Assembly (NCBI GenBank): GCA_964016885.1
Contig: OZ024744.1
Span: 12,214,001 to 12,278,000, forward strand
Direction of reading: 5' to 3'
Length of the DNA stretch: 64,000 nucleotides
Origin: Eledone cirrhosa
Lineage: Eukaryota
Part shown: in pieces, positions 15,101 through 32,300 of the stretch
Layout: every line of letters begins with the position of its first letter
How positions within the stretch are numbered: the first letter of the stretch is position 1
The notes under the pieces: generated by a model
Database searches by the model: none
What the model saw: only the letters and a program-made list of their open reading frames with translations
Told to the model about the DNA's origin: nothing
Translations under genes and position numbers: made by a program

Positions 15101-18100
15101 ATAACATAAAACATTCTATGTGACCATCTAATCACCGTCTATAACATAAAACATTCTATTTGTCCATCTAATGACTGTCTATAACATAAAACATTCTATT
15201 TGTCCATCTAATGACGGTCTTTAACATAAAACATTCTATTTCACCATATAATGACTGTCTATAACATAAAACATTCTATGTGACCATCTAATGACGGTCT
15301 ATAACATGAAACATTCTATTTGACCATCTAATGACTGTCTATAACATAAAACATTCTATTTGTCCGTCTAATGACTGTCTATAACATAAAACATTCTATT
15401 TGTCCATCTAATGACGGTCTATAACACAAAACATTGTATTTGACCATCTAATGACTCTCTGTAACATAAAGCATTCTATCTGACCATCTAATGACTGTCT
15501 ATAACATGAAAAATTCTATTTGTCCATCTAATGACGTTCTATAACATGAAACATTCTATTTGTCCATCTAATGACGGTCTATAACATGAAACATTCTATT
15601 TGACCATCTAATGACTGTCTATAACATAAAACATTCTATTTGTCCATCTAATGACGGTCTATAACATAAAACATTCTATTTGTCCATCTAATGACGGTCT
15701 ATAACATAAAACATTCTATTTGTCCATCTAATGTCTGTCTATAACATAAAACATTCTATTTGACAATCTAATGACTGTCTATAACACAGAACATTCTATT
15801 TGACTATCTAATGACTCTCTATAACATAAAACATTCTATTTGACCATCTAATGACTGTCTATAACATAAAACATTCTATTCGTCCAGCTAATAACGGTCT
15901 ATAACATAAAACATTCTATTTGTCCATCTAATGACTGTCTATAACATAAAACATTCCATTTGACCATCTAATGACTGTCTATAACATAAAACATTCTATT
16001 CGACCATCTAATGACTGTCTATAACATAAAACATTCTATGTGACCATCTAATGACTGTCTATAACATAAAACATTCTATGTGACCATCTAATGACTGTCT
16101 ATAAGATAAAACATTCTATTTGTCCATCTAATGACGGTCTATAATATTAAACATTCTATTTGTCCATCTAATGACGGTCTATAACATAAAACCTTCTATT
16201 TGACCATCTAATGACTATCTATAACATAAAACATTCTATTTGTCCATCTAATGACGGTCTATTACATAAAACATTCTCTTTGACCATCTAATGACTGTCT
16301 ATAACATAAAACATTCTATTTGTCCATCTAATGACGATCTATAACATAAAACATACTATGTGACCATCTAATCACTGTCTATAACATAAAACATTCTATT
16401 TGTCCATCTAATGACTGTCTATAACATATAACATTCTATTTGTCCATCTAATGACGGTCTATAACATAAAACATTCTGTTTGTCCATATAATGACTGTCT
16501 ATAACATAAAACATTCTATGTGACCATCTAATGACTGTCTAGAACGTAAAACATTCTATTTAACCATCTAATGACGGTATATAACATAAAACATTCTATT
16601 TGACCATCTAATGACTGTCTATAACATAAAACATTCTATGTGACCATCTAATGACGGTCTATAACATAAAACATTATATTTGTCGATCTAATGACGGTCT
16701 ATAACATTAAACATTCTATTTCACCATCTAATGACTGTCTATAACATAAAGCATTCTACTTGACAATCTACTGACTGTCTATATCACAGAACATTCTATT
16801 TGACCATCTAATGACTGTCTATAACATAAAACATTCTATTTTACTATCTAATGACTGTCTATAACATAAAACATTCTATTTGACCATCTAATGACGGTCT
16901 ATTACATAAAACATTCTATTTGACCATCTAATGACTGTCTATAACATGAAACATTATATTTGTCCATCTAGTGACGATCTATAACATAAAACATACTATG
17001 TGACCATCTAATCACTGTCTATAACATAAAACATTTTATTTGTCCATCTAATGACTGTCCATAACATAAAACATTCTATTTGTCCATCTAATGACGGTCT
17101 ATAACATAAAACATTCTATTTGTCCATATAATGACTGTCTATAACATAAGACATTCTATGTGACCATCTAATGACTGTCTATAACATAACACATTCTATT
17201 TGTCCATCTAATGACGGTCTATAACATAAAACATTCTATTTGTCCATCTAATGTCTGTCTATAACATAAAACATTCTGTTTGACAATCTAATGACTGTCT
17301 ATAACACATAACATTCTATTTGACCATCTAATGACTGTCTATAACATAAAACATTCTATTTGACTATCTAATGACTGTCTATAACATAAAACATTCTATT
17401 TGACCATCCAATGACTGTCTATAACACATAACATTCTATTTGACCATCTAATGACTGTCTATAACATAAAACATTCTATTTGTCCATCTAATGACGGTCT
17501 ATAACATAAAACATTCTATTTGTCCATCTAATGTCTGTCTATAACATAAAACATTCTATTTGACAATCTAATGACTGTCTATAACACAGAACATTCTATT
17601 TGACTATCTAATGACTCTCTATAACATAAAACATTCTATTTGACCATCTAATGACTGTCTATAACATAACACATTCTATTTCACCATCTAATGACTGTCT
17701 AGAACGTAAAACATTCTATTTAACCATCTAATGACGTTATATAACATAAAACATTCTATTTGACCATCTAATGACTGTCTATAACATAAAACATTCTATG
17801 TGACCATCTAATGACTGTCTATAATATAAAACATTCTATTTGTCCATCTAATGACGGTCTATAACATAAAACATTATATTTGTCGATCTAATGACGGTCT
17901 ATAACATTAAACATTCTATTTCACCATCTAATGACTGTCTATAACATAAAACATTCTACTTGACAAACTAATGACTGTCTATAACACAGAACATTCTATT
18001 TGACCATCTAATGACTGTCTATAACATAAAACATTTATTTGACCATCTAATGACTCTCTATTACATAACACATTCTATTTCACCATCGAATGACTGTCTA

Positions 18101-21100
18101 GAACGTAAAACATTCTATTTAGCCATCTAATGACGGTATATAACATAAAACATTCTATTTGACCATCTAATGACTTTCTATAACATAAAACATTCTATTT
18201 GTCCATCTAATGACGATCTATAACATAACACATTATATTTGTCCATTTACTGACGGTCTATAACATAAAACATTCTATGTGACCATCTAGTGACTGTCTA
18301 TAACATAAAACATTCTATTTGACCATCAAATGACTGTCTATAACATAAAACATTCTATTTGACCATCTAATGACTGTCTATAACATAAAACATTCTATGT
18401 GACCATCTAATCACCGTCTATAACATAAAACATTCTATTTGTCCATCTAATGACTGTCTATAACATAAAACATTCTATTTGTCCATCTAATGACGGTCTA
18501 TAACATAAAACATTCTATTTCACCATATAATGACTGTCTATAACATAAAACATTCTATGTGACCATCTAATGACGGTCTATAACATGAAACATTATATTT
18601 GACCATCTAATGACTGTCTATAACATAAAACATTCTATTTGTCCGTCTAATGACTGTCTATAACATAAAACATTCTATTTGTCCATCTAATGACGGTCTA
18701 TAACACAAAACATTGTATTTGACCATCTAATGACTCTCTGTAACATAAAGCATTCTATCTGACCATCTAATGACTGTCTATAACATGAAAAATTCTATTT
18801 ATCTATCTAATGACGTTCTATAACATGAAACATTCTATTTGTCCATCTAATGACGGTCTATAACATGAAACATTCTATTTGACAATCTAATGACTGTCTA
18901 TAACATAAAACATTCTATTTGACAATCTAATGACTGTCTATAACACAGAACATTCTATTTGACTATCTAATGACTCTCTATAACATAAAACATTCTATTT
19001 GACCATCTAATGACTGTCTATAACATAACACATTCTATTTCACCATCTAATGACTGTCTAGAACGTAAAACATTCTATTTAACCATCTAATGACGTTATA
19101 TAACATAAAACATTCTATTTGACCATCTAATGACTGTCTATAACATAAAACATTCTATGTGACCATCTAATGACTGTCTATAATATAAAACATTCTATTT
19201 GTCCATCTAATGACGGTCTATAACATAAAACATTATATTTGTCGATCTAATGACGGTCTATAACATTAAACATTCTATTTCACCATCTAATGACTGTCTA
19301 TAACATAAAACATTCTACTTGACAATCTAATGACTGTCTATAACACAGAACATTCTATTTGACCATCTAATGACTGTCTATAACATAAAACATTCTATTT
19401 TACTATCTAATGACTGTCTATAACATAAAACATTTATTTGACCATCTAATGACTCTCTATTACATAACATATTCTATTTCACCATCGAATGACTGTCTAG
19501 AACGTAAAACATTCTATTTAGCCATCTAATTACTTTCTATAACATAAAACATGCTACTTGACCATCTAATGACTGTCTATAAGATAAAACATTCTATGTG
19601 ACCATCTAATGACTGTCTATAACATAAAACATTCTATTTGTCCATCTAATGACAGTCTATAACATAACACATTATATTTCACCATCTAATGAGGATCTAT
19701 AACATACAACATTCTATTTCACCATCTAATGACTGTCTATAACATAAAATATTCTATGTGACCATCTAATGACTGTCTATAACATAAAACATTCTATTTG
19801 TCCATCTAATGACGGTCTATAACATAAAACATTCTATTTGACTAGCTAATGACTGTCTATAACATAAAACATTCTATTTCACCATCTAATGACTATCTAG
19901 AACGTAAAACATTCTATTTAACCATCTAATGACGGTATATAACATAACACATTCTATTTAACCATCTAATGACGGTCTATAACATAAAACATTCTATTTG
20001 TCCATCTAATGACTGTCTATAACATAAAACATTCTATTTGACCATCTAATGACTGTCTATAACATAAAACATTCTATTCGACCATCTAATGACTGTCTAT
20101 AACATAAAACATTCTATTTGTCCATCTAATGACGATCTATAACATAACACATTCTATTTGACCATCTAATGACTGTCTATAACATAAAACATTCTATTTG
20201 TCCATCTAATGACGGTCTATAACACAAAACATTGTATTTGACCATCTAATGACTCTCTGTAACATAAAGCATTCTATCTGACCATCTAATGACTGTCTAT
20301 AACATGAAAAATTCTATTTGTCCATCTAATGACGTTCTATAACATGAAACATTCTATTTGTCCATCTAATGACGGTCTATAACATGAAACATTCTATTTG
20401 ACAATCTAATGACTGTCTATAACATAAAACATTCTATTTGTCCATCTAATGACGGTCTATAACATAAAACATTCTATTTGTCCATCTAATGACGGTCTAT
20501 AACATAAAACATTCTATTTGTCCATCTAATGTCTGTCTATAACATAAAACATTCTATTTGACAATCTAATGACTGTCTATAACACAGAACATTCTATTTG
20601 ACTATCTAATGACTCTCTATAACATAAAACATTCTATTTGACCATCTAATGACTGTCTATAACATAACACATTCTATTTCACCATCTAATGACTGTCTAG
20701 AACGTAAAACATTCTATTTAACCATCTAATGACGTTATATAACATAAAACATTCTATTTGACCATCTAATGACTGTCTATAACATAAAACATTCTATGTG
20801 ACCATCTAATGACTGTCTATAATATAAAACATTCTATTTGTCCATCTAATGACGGTCTATAACATAAAACATTATATTTGTCGATCTAATGACGGTCTAT
20901 AACATTAAACATTCTATTTCACCATCTAATGACTGTCTATAACATAAAGCATTCTACTTGACAATCTAATGACTGTCTATAACACAGAACATTCTATTTG
21001 ACCATCTAATGACTGTCTATAACATAAAATATTCTATTTTACTATCTAATGACTGTCTATAACATAAAACATTTATTTGACCATCTAATGACTCTCTATT

Positions 21101-24100
21101 ACATAACACATTCTATTTCACCATCGAATGACTGTCTAGAACGTAAAACATTCTATTTAGCCATCTAATGACGGTATATAACATAAAACATTCTATTTGA
21201 CCAGCTAATGACTTTCTATAACATAAAACATTCTACTTGACCATCTAATGACTGTCTATAAGATAAAACATTCTATGTGACCATCTAATGACTGTCTATA
21301 ACATAAAACATTCTATTTGTCCATCTAATGACAGTCTATAACATAACACATTATATTTCACCATCTAATGAGGATCTATAACATACAACATTCTATTTCA
21401 CCATCTAATGACTGTCTATAACATAAAATATTCTATGTGACCATCTAATGACTGTCTATAACATAAAACATTCTATTTGTCCATCTAATGACTGTCTCTA
21501 ACATAAAACATTCTATTTGACTATCTAATGACTGTCTATAACATAAAACATTCTATTTGACCATCTAATGACTGTCTATAACATAACACATTCTATTTCA
21601 CCATGTAATGACTGTCTAGAACGTAAAACATTCTATTTAACCATCTAATGACGTTATATAACATAAAACATTCTATTTGACCATCTAATGACTGTCTATA
21701 ACATAAAACATTCTATGTGACCATCTAATGACTGTCTATAACATAAAACATTCTATTTGTCCATCTAATGACGGTCTATAACATAAAACATTATATTTGT
21801 CGATCTAATGACGGTCTATAACATTAAACATTCTATTTCACCATCTAATGACTGTCTATAACATAAAACATTCTACTTGACAATCTAATGACTGTCTATA
21901 ACACAGAACATTCTATTTGACCATCTAATGACTGTCTATAACATAAAACATTCTATTTTACTATCTAATGACTGTCTATAACATAAAACATTCTATTTGA
22001 CCATCTAATGCCTTTCTATAACATAAAACATTCTATTTGACCATCTAATGACTGTCTATAAGATAAAACATTCTATGTGACCATCTAATGACTGTCTATA
22101 ACATAAAACATTCTATTTGTCCATCTAATGACAGTCTATAACATAACACATTATATTTCACCATCTAATGAGGGTCTATAACATGCAACATTCTATTTCA
22201 CCATCTAATGACTGTCTATAACATAAAATATTCTATGTGACCATCTAATGACTGTCTATAACATAAAACATTCTATTTGTCCATCTAATGACTGTCTAGA
22301 ACATAAAACATTCTATTTGACCATCTAATGACTGTCTATAACATTACACATTCTATTTTACCATCTAATGACTATCTAGAACGTAAAACATTCTATTTAA
22401 CCATCTAATGACGGTATATAACATAACACATTCTATTTAACCATCTAATGACGGTCTATAACATAAAACATTCTATTTGACCATCTAATGACTGTCTATA
22501 TCATGAAACATTCTATTTGTCCATCTAATGACAGTCTATAACATAAAACATTCTATGTGACCATCTACTGACTGTCTATAACATAAAACATTCTATTTGT
22601 CCATCTAATGACGATCTATAACATAACACATTATATTTGTCCATTTAATGACGGTCTATAACATAAAACATTCTATGTGACCATCTAATGACTGTCTATA
22701 ACATAAAACATTCTATGTGACCATCTAATGACCGCCTATAACATAAAACATTCTATTTGACCATCAAATGACTGTCTATAACATAAAACATTCTATTTGA
22801 CCATCTAATGACTGTCTATAACATAAAACATTCTATGTGACCATCTAATCACCGTCTATAACATAAAACATTCTATTTGTCCATCTAATGACTGTCTATA
22901 ACATAAAACATTCTATTTGTCCATCTAATGACGGTCTATAACATAAAACATTCTATTTCACCATATAATGACTGTCTATAACATAAAACTTTCTATGTGA
23001 CCATCTAATGACGGTCTATAACATGAAACATTCTATTTGACCATCTAATGACTGTCTATAACATAAAACATTCTATTTGTCCGTCTAATGACTGTCTATA
23101 ACATAAAACATTCTATTTGCCCATATAATGACGGTCTATAACACAAAACATTGTATTTGACCATCTAATGACTCTCTGTAACATAAAGCATTCTATGTGA
23201 CCATCTAATGACTGTCTATAACATGAAAAATTCTATTTGTCCATCTAATGACGTTCTATAACATGAAACATTCTATTTGTCCATCTAATGACGGTCTATA
23301 ACATGAAACATTCTATTTGACCATCTAATAACGGTCTATAACATAAAACATTCTATTTGTCCATCTAATGACTGTCTATAACATAAAACATTCTATTTGA
23401 CCATCTAATGACTGTCTATAACATAAAACATTCTATTCGACCATCTGATGACTGTCTATAACATAAAACATTCTATGTGACCATCTAATGACTGTCTATA
23501 ACATATAACTTTCTATTTGTCCATCTAATGACTGTCTATAAGATAAAACATTCTATTTCTCCACCTAATGACGGTCTATAACATTAAACATTCTATTTCA
23601 CCTTCTAATGACTGTCTATAACATAAAACATTCTATTTGACAATCTAATGACTGTCTATATCATAACACATTCTATTTAACCATCTAATGACGGTCTATA
23701 ACATAAAACATTTATTTGTCCATCTAATGACGGTCTATAACATAAAACATTCTATTTGTCCATCTAATGACGGTCTATAATATTAAACATTCTATTTCAC
23801 CATCTAATGACTGTCTATAACATAAAACATTCTATTTTACTATCTAATGACTGTCTATAACATAAAACATTCTATTTGACCATCTAATGACTCTCTATTA
23901 CATAACACATTCTATTTCACCATCGAATGACTGTCTAGAACGTAAAACATTCTATTTAGCCATCTAATGACGGTATATAACATAAAACATTCTATTTGAC
24001 CATCTAATGCCTTTCTATAACATAAAACATTCTATTTGACCATCTAATGACTGTCTATAAGATAAAACATTCTATGTGACCATCTAATGACTGTCTATAA

Positions 24101-24140
24101 CATAAAACATTCTATTTGTCCATCTAATGACAGTCTATAA
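12190..24140. repeat. Transitional satellite domain: shuffled blocks related to the right-hand HOR
   Basis: The right-domain markers (TAGTGACGATC ~12490, TGTCCATAAC ~14376, TTTAGCC ~18119, GACCGCC ~22730) first appear here, in irregular order. CGTCCAGCTA at 13081/15881 marks a 2,800-bp (70-monomer) offset duplication. Confidence 0.7.
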
Positions 24141-27100
24141 CATAACACATTATATTTCACCATCTAATGAGGGTCTATAACATGCAACATTCTATTTCAC
24201 CATCTAATGACTGTCTATAACATAAAATATTCTATGTGACCATCTAATGACTGTCTATAACATAAAACATTCTATTTGTCCATCTAATGACTGTCTAGAA
24301 CATAAAACATTCTATTTGACCATGTAATGACTGTCTATAACATAACACATTCTATTTTACCATCTAATGACTATCTAGAACGTAAAACATTCTATTTAAC
24401 CATCTAATGACGGTATATAACATAACACATTCTATTTAACCATCTAATGACGGTCTATAACATAAAACATTCTATTTGACCATCTAATGACTGTCTATAT
24501 CATGAAACATTCTATTTGTCCATCTAATGACAGTCTATAACATAAAACATTCTATGTGACCATCTAATGACTGTCTATAACATAAAACATTCTATTTGTC
24601 CATCTAATGACGATCTATAACATAACACATTATATTTGTCCATTTAATGACGGTCTATAACATAAAACATTCTATGTGACCATCTAATGACTGTCTATAA
24701 CATAAAACATTCTATGTGACCATCTAATGACCGCCTATAACATAAAACATTCTATTTGACCATCAAATGACTGTCTATAACATAAAACATTCTATTTGAC
24801 CATCTAATGACTGTCTATAACATAAAACATTCTATGTGACCATCTAATCACCGTCTATAACATAAAACATTCTATTTGTCCATCTAATGACTGTCTATAA
24901 CATAAAACATTCTATTTGTCCATCTAATGACGGTCTATAACATAAAACATTCTATTTCACCATATAATGACTGTCTATAACATAAAACTTTCTATGTGAC
25001 CATCTAATGACGGTCTATAACATGAAACATTCTATTTGACCATCTAATGACTGTCTATAACATAAAACATTCTATTTGTCCGTCTAATGACTGTCTATAA
25101 CATAAAACATTCTATTTGTCCATATAATGACGGTCTATAACACAAAACATTGTATTTGACCATCTAATGACTCTCTGTAACATAAAGCATTCTATGTGAC
25201 CATCTAATGACTGTCTTTAACATGAAAAATTCTATTTGTCCATCTAATGACGTTCTATAACATGAAACATTCTATTTGTCCATCTAATGACGGTCTATAA
25301 CATGAAACATTCTATTTGACCATCTAATAACGGTCTATAACATAAAACATTCTATTTGTCCATCTAATGACTGTCTATAACATAAAACATTCTATTTGAC
25401 CATGTAATGACTGTCTATAACATAAAACATTCTATTCGACCATCTAATGACTGTCTATAACATAAAACATTCTATGTGACCATCTAATGACTGTCTATAA
25501 GATAAAACATTCTATTTGTCCATCTAATGACGGTCTATAATATTAAACATTCTATTTGTCCATCTAATGACGGTCTATAACATAAAACCTTCTATTTGAC
25601 CATCTAATGACTGTCTATAACATAAAACATTCTATTTGTCCATCTAATGACGGTCTATTACATAAAACATTCTCTTTGACCATCTAATGACTGTCTATAA
25701 CATAAAACATTCTATTTGTCCATCTAATGACGATCTATAACATAAAACATACTATGTGACCATCTAATCCCTGTCTATAACATAAAACATTCTATTTGTC
25801 CATCTAATGACTGTCTATAACATAAAACATTCTATTTGTCCATCTAATGACGGTCTATAACATAAAAGTTTCTATTTGTCCATATAATGACTGTCTATAA
25901 CATAAAACATTCTATGTGACCATCTAATGACTGTCTATATAATTAAATATTCTATTTGTCCATCTAATGACGGTCTATAACATAAAACATTCTATTTGTC
26001 CATCTAATGTCTGTCTATAACATAAAACATTCTATTTGACAATCTAATGACTGTCTATAACACAGACAATTCTATTTGACCATCTAATGACTGTCTATAA
26101 CATAACACATTCTATTTCACCATCTAATGACTGTCTAGAACGTAAAACATTCTATTTAACCATCTAATGACGGTATATAACATAAAACATTCTATTTGAC
26201 CATCTAATGACTGTCTATAACATAAAACATTCTATGTGACCATCTAATGACGGTCTATAACATAAAACATTATATTTGTCGATCTAATGACGGTCTATAA
26301 CATTAAACATTCTATTTCACCATCTAATGACTGTCTATAACATAAAACATTCTACTTGACAATCTAATGACTGTCTATATCACAGAACATTCTATTTGAC
26401 CATCTAATGACTGTCTATAACATAAAACATTCTATTTTACTATGTAATGACTGTCTATAACATAAAACATTCTATTTGACCATCTAATGACGGTCTATTA
26501 CATAAAACATTCTATTTGACCATCTAATGACTGTCTATAACATGAAACATTATATTTGTCCATCTAGTGACGATCTATAACATAAAACATACTATGTGAC
26601 CATCTAATCACTGTCTATAACATAAAACATTTTATTTGTCCATCTAATGACTGTCCATAACATAAAACATTCTATTTGTCCATCTAATGACGGTCTATAA
26701 CATAAAACATTCTATTTGTCCATATAATGACTGTCTATAACATAAAACATTCTATGTGACCATCTAATGACTGTCTATAACATAAAACATTCTATTTGTC
26801 CATCTAATGACGGTCTATAACATAAAACATTCTATTTGTCCATCTAATGTCTGTCTATAACATAAAACATTCTATTTGACAATCTAATGACTGTCTATAA
26901 CACATAACATTCTATTTGACCATCTAATGACTGTCTATAACATAAAACATTCTATTTGACTATCTAATGACTGTCTATAACATAAAACATTCTATTTGAC
27001 CATCTAATGACTGTCTATAACATAACACATTCTATTTCACCATCTAATGACTGTCTAGAACGTAAAACATTCTATTTAACCATCTAATGACGTTATATAA

Positions 27101-30100
27101 CATAAAACATTCTATTTGACCATCTAATGACTGTCTATAACATAAAACATTCTATGTGACCATCTAATGACTGTCTATAACATAAAACATTCTATTTGTC
27201 CATCTAATGACGGTCTATAACATAAAACATTATATTTGTCGATCTAATGACGGTCTATAACATTAAACATTCTATTTCACCATCTAATGACTGTCTATAA
27301 CATTAAACATTCTACTTGACAATCTAATGACTGTCTATAACACAGAACATTCTATTTGACCATCTAATGACTGTCTATAACATAAAACATTCTATTTTAC
27401 TATCTAATGACTGTCTATAACATAAAACATTCTATTTGACCATCTAATGACTCTCTATTACATAACACATTCTATTTCACCATCGAATGACTGTCTAGAA
27501 CGTAAAACATTCTATTTAGCCATCTAATGACGGTATATAACATAAAACATTCTATTTGACCATCTAATGACTTTCTATAACATAAAACATTCTATTTGAC
27601 CATCTAATGACTGTCTATAAGATAAAACATTCTATGTGACCATCTAATGACTGGCTATAACATAAAACATTCTATTTGTCCATCTAATGACAGTCTATAA
27701 CATAACACATTATATTTCACCATCTAATGAGGGTCTATAACATGCAACATTCTATTTCACCATCTAATGACTGTCTATAACATAAAATATTCTATGTGAC
27801 CATCTAATGACTGTCTATAACATAAAACATTCTATTTGTCCATCTAATGACTGTCTATAACATAAAACATTCTATTTGACCATCTAATGACTGTCTATAT
27901 CATGAAACATTCTATTTGTCCATCTAATGACTGTCTATAACATAAAACATTCTATTTGTCCATCTAATGACGATCTATAACATAACACATTATATTTGTC
28001 CATTTAATGACGGTCTATAACATAAAACATTCTATGTGACCATCTAATGACTATCTATAACATAAAACATTCTATGTGACCATCTAATGACCGCCTATAA
28101 CATAAAACATTCTATTTAACCATCAAATGACTGTCTATAACATAAAACATTCTATTTGACCATCTAATGACTGTCTATAACATAAAACATTCTATGTGAC
28201 CATCTAATCACCGTCTATAACATAACACATTATATTTCACCATCTAATGAGGGTCTATAACATGCAACATTCTATTTCACCATCTAATGACTGTCTATAA
28301 CATAAAATATTCTATGTGACCATCTAATGACTGTCTATAACATAAAACATTCTATTTGTCCATCTAATGACTGTCTAGAACATAAAACATTCTATTTGAC
28401 CATGTAATGACTGTCTATAACATAACACATTCTATTTTACCATCTAATGACTATCTAGAACGTAAAACATTCTATTTAACCATCTAATGACGGTATATAA
28501 CATAACACATTCTATTTAACCATCTAATGACGGTCTATAACATAAAACATTCTATTTGACCATCTAATGACTGTCTATATCATGAAACATTCTATTTGTC
28601 CATCTAATGACAGTCTATAACATAAAACATTCTATGTGACCATCTAATGACTGTCTATAACATAAAACATTCTATTTGTCCATCTAATGACGATCTATAA
28701 CATAACACATTATATTTGTCCATTTAATGACGGTCTATAACATAAAACATTCTATGTGACCATCTAATGACTGTCTATAACATAAAACATTCTATGTGAC
28801 CATCTAATGACCGCCTATAACATAAAACATTCTATTTGACCATCAAATGACTGTCTATAACATAAAACATTCTATTTGACCATCTAATGACTGTCTATAA
28901 CATAAAACATTCTATGTGACCATCTAATCACCGTCTATAACATAAAACATTCTATTTGTCCATCTAATGACTGTCTATAACATAAAACATTCTATTTGTC
29001 CATCTAATGACGGTCTATAACATAAAACATTCTATTTCACCATATAATGACTGTCTATAACATAAAACTTTCTATGTGACCATCTAATGACGGTCTATAA
29101 CATGAAACATTCTATTTGACCATCTAATGACTGTCTATAACATAAAACATTCTATTTGTCCGTCTAATGACTGTCTATAACATAAAACATTCTATTTGTC
29201 CATATAATGACGGTCTATAACACAAAACATTGTATTTGACCATCTAATGACTCTCTGTAACATAAAGCATTCTATGTGACCATCTAATGACTGTCTTTAA
29301 CATGAAAAATTCTATTTGTCCATCTAATGACGTTCTATAACATGAAACATTCTATTTGTCCATCTAATGACGGTCTATAACATGAAACATTCTATTTGAC
29401 CATCTAATAACGGTCTATAACATAAAACATTCTATTTGTCCATCTAATGACTGTCTATAACATAAAACATTCTATTTGACCATGTAATGACTGTCTATAA
29501 CATAAAACATTCTATTCGACCATCTAATGACTGTCTATAACATAAAACATTCTATGTGACCATCTAATGACTGTCTATAAGATAAAACATTCTATTTGTC
29601 CATCTAATGACGGTCTATAATATTAAACATTCTATTTGTCCATCTAATGACGGTCTATAACATAAAACCTTCTATTTGACCATCTAATGACTGTCTATAA
29701 CATAAAACATTCTATTTGTCCATCTAATGACGGTCTATTACATAAAACATTCTCTTTGACCATCTAATGACTGTCTATAACATAAAACATTCTATTTGTC
29801 CATCTAATGACGATCTATAACATAAAACATACTATGTGACCATCTAATCCCTGTCTATAACATAAAACATTCTATTTGTCCATCTAATGACTGTCTATAA
29901 CATAAAACATTCTATTTGTCCATCTAATGACGGTCTATAACATAAAAGTTTCTATTTGTCCATATAATGACTGTCTATAACATAAAACATTCTATGTGAC
30001 CATCTAATGACTGTCTATATAATTAAATATTCTATTTGTCCATCTAATGACGGTCTATAACATAAAACATTCTATTTGTCCATCTAATGTCTGTCTATAA

Positions 30101-32300
30101 CATAAAACATTCTATTTGACAATCTAATGACTGTCTATAACACAGACAATTCTATTTGACCATCTAATGACTGTCTATAACATAACACATTCTATTTCAC
30201 CATCTAATGACTGTCTAGAACGTAAAACATTCTATTTAACCATCTAATGACGGTATATAACATAAAACATTCTATTTGACCATCTAATGACTGTCTATAA
30301 CATAAAACATTCTATGTGACCATCTAATGACGGTCTATAACATAAAACATTATATTTGTCGATCTAATGACGGTCTATAACATTAAACATTCTATTTCAC
30401 CATCTAATGACTGTCTATAACATAAAACATTCTACTTGACAATCTAATGACTGTCTATATCACAGAACATTCTATTTGACCATCTAATGACTGTCTATAA
30501 CATAAAACATTCTATTTTACTATGTAATGACTGTCTATAACATAAAACATTCTATTTGACCATCTAATGACGGTCTATTACATAAAACATTCTATTTGAC
30601 CATCTAATGACTGTCTATAACATGAAACATTATATTTGTCCATCTAGTGACGATCTATAACATAAAACATACTATGTGACCATCTAATCACTGTCTATAA
30701 CATAAAACATTTTATTTGTCCATCTAATGACTGTCCATAACATAAAACATTCTATTTGTCCATCTAATGACGGTCTATAACATAAAACATTCTATTTGTC
30801 CATATAATGACTGTCTATAACATAAAACATTCTATGTGACCATCTAATGACTGTCTATAACATAAAACATTCTATTTGTCCATCTAATGACGGTCTATAA
30901 CATAAAACATTCTATTTGTCCATCTAATGTCTGTCTATAACATAAAACATTCTATTTGACAATCTAATGACTGTCTATAACACATAACATTCTATTTGAC
31001 CATCTAATGACTGTCTATAACATAAAACATTCTATTTGACTATCTAATGACTGTCTATAACATAAAACATTCTATTTGACCATCTAATGACTGTCTATAA
31101 CATAACACATTCTATTTCACCATCTAATGACTGTCTAGAACGTAAAACATTCTATTTAACCATCTAATGACGTTATATAACATAAAACATTCTATTTGAC
31201 CATCTAATGACTGTCTATAACATAAAACATTCTATGTGACCATCTAATGACTGTCTATAACATAAAACATTCTATTTGTCCATCTAATGACGGTCTATAA
31301 CATAAAACATTATATTTGTCGATCTAATGACGGTCTATAACATTAAACATTCTATTTCACCATCTAATGACTGTCTATAACATTAAACATTCTACTTGAC
31401 AATCTAATGACTGTCTATAACACAGAACATTCTATTTGACCATCTAATGACTGTCTATAACATAAAACATTCTATTTTACTATCTAATGACTGTCTATAA
31501 CATAAAACATTCTATTTGACCATCTAATGACTCTCTATTACATAACACATTCTATTTCACCATCGAATGACTGTCTAGAACGTAAAACATTCTATTTAGC
31601 CATCTAATGACGGTATATAACATAAAACATTCTATTTGACCATCTAATGACTTTCTATAACATAAAACATTCTATTTGACCATCTAATGACTGTCTATAA
31701 GATAAAACATTCTATGTGACCATCTAATGACTGTCTATAACATAAAACATTCTATTTGTCCATCTAATGACAGTCTATAACATAACACATTATATTTCAC
31801 CATCTAATGAGGGTCTATAACATGCAACATTCTATTTCACCATCTAATGACTGTCTATAACATAAAATATTCTATGTGACCATCTAATGACTGTCTATAA
31901 CATAAAACATTCTATTTGTCCATCTAATGACTGTCTATAACATAAAACATTCTATTTGACCATCTAATGACTGTCTATATCATGAAACATTCTATTTGTC
32001 CATCTAATGACTGTCTATAACATAAAACATTCTATTTGTCCATCTAATGACGATCTATAACATAACACATTATATTTGTCCATTTAATGACGGTCTATAA
32101 CATAAAACATTCTATGTGACCATCTAATGACTATCTATAACATAAAACATTCTATGTGACCATCTAATGACCGCCTATAACATAAAACATTCTATTTAAC
32201 CATCAAATGACTGTCTATAACATAAAACATTCTATTTGACCATCTAATGACTGTCTATAACATAAAACATTCTATGTGACCATCTAATCACCGTCTATAA
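24141..32300. repeat. Near-perfect tandem duplication of 4,080 bp (102 monomers), 24141-28220 / 28221-32300
   Basis: Private variants CATCTAATCCCTG 25761/29841 and CATAAAAGTT 25861/29941 are paired. The junction lies at ~28221. I noticed only one difference (G27654 vs T31734). Confidence 0.92.
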
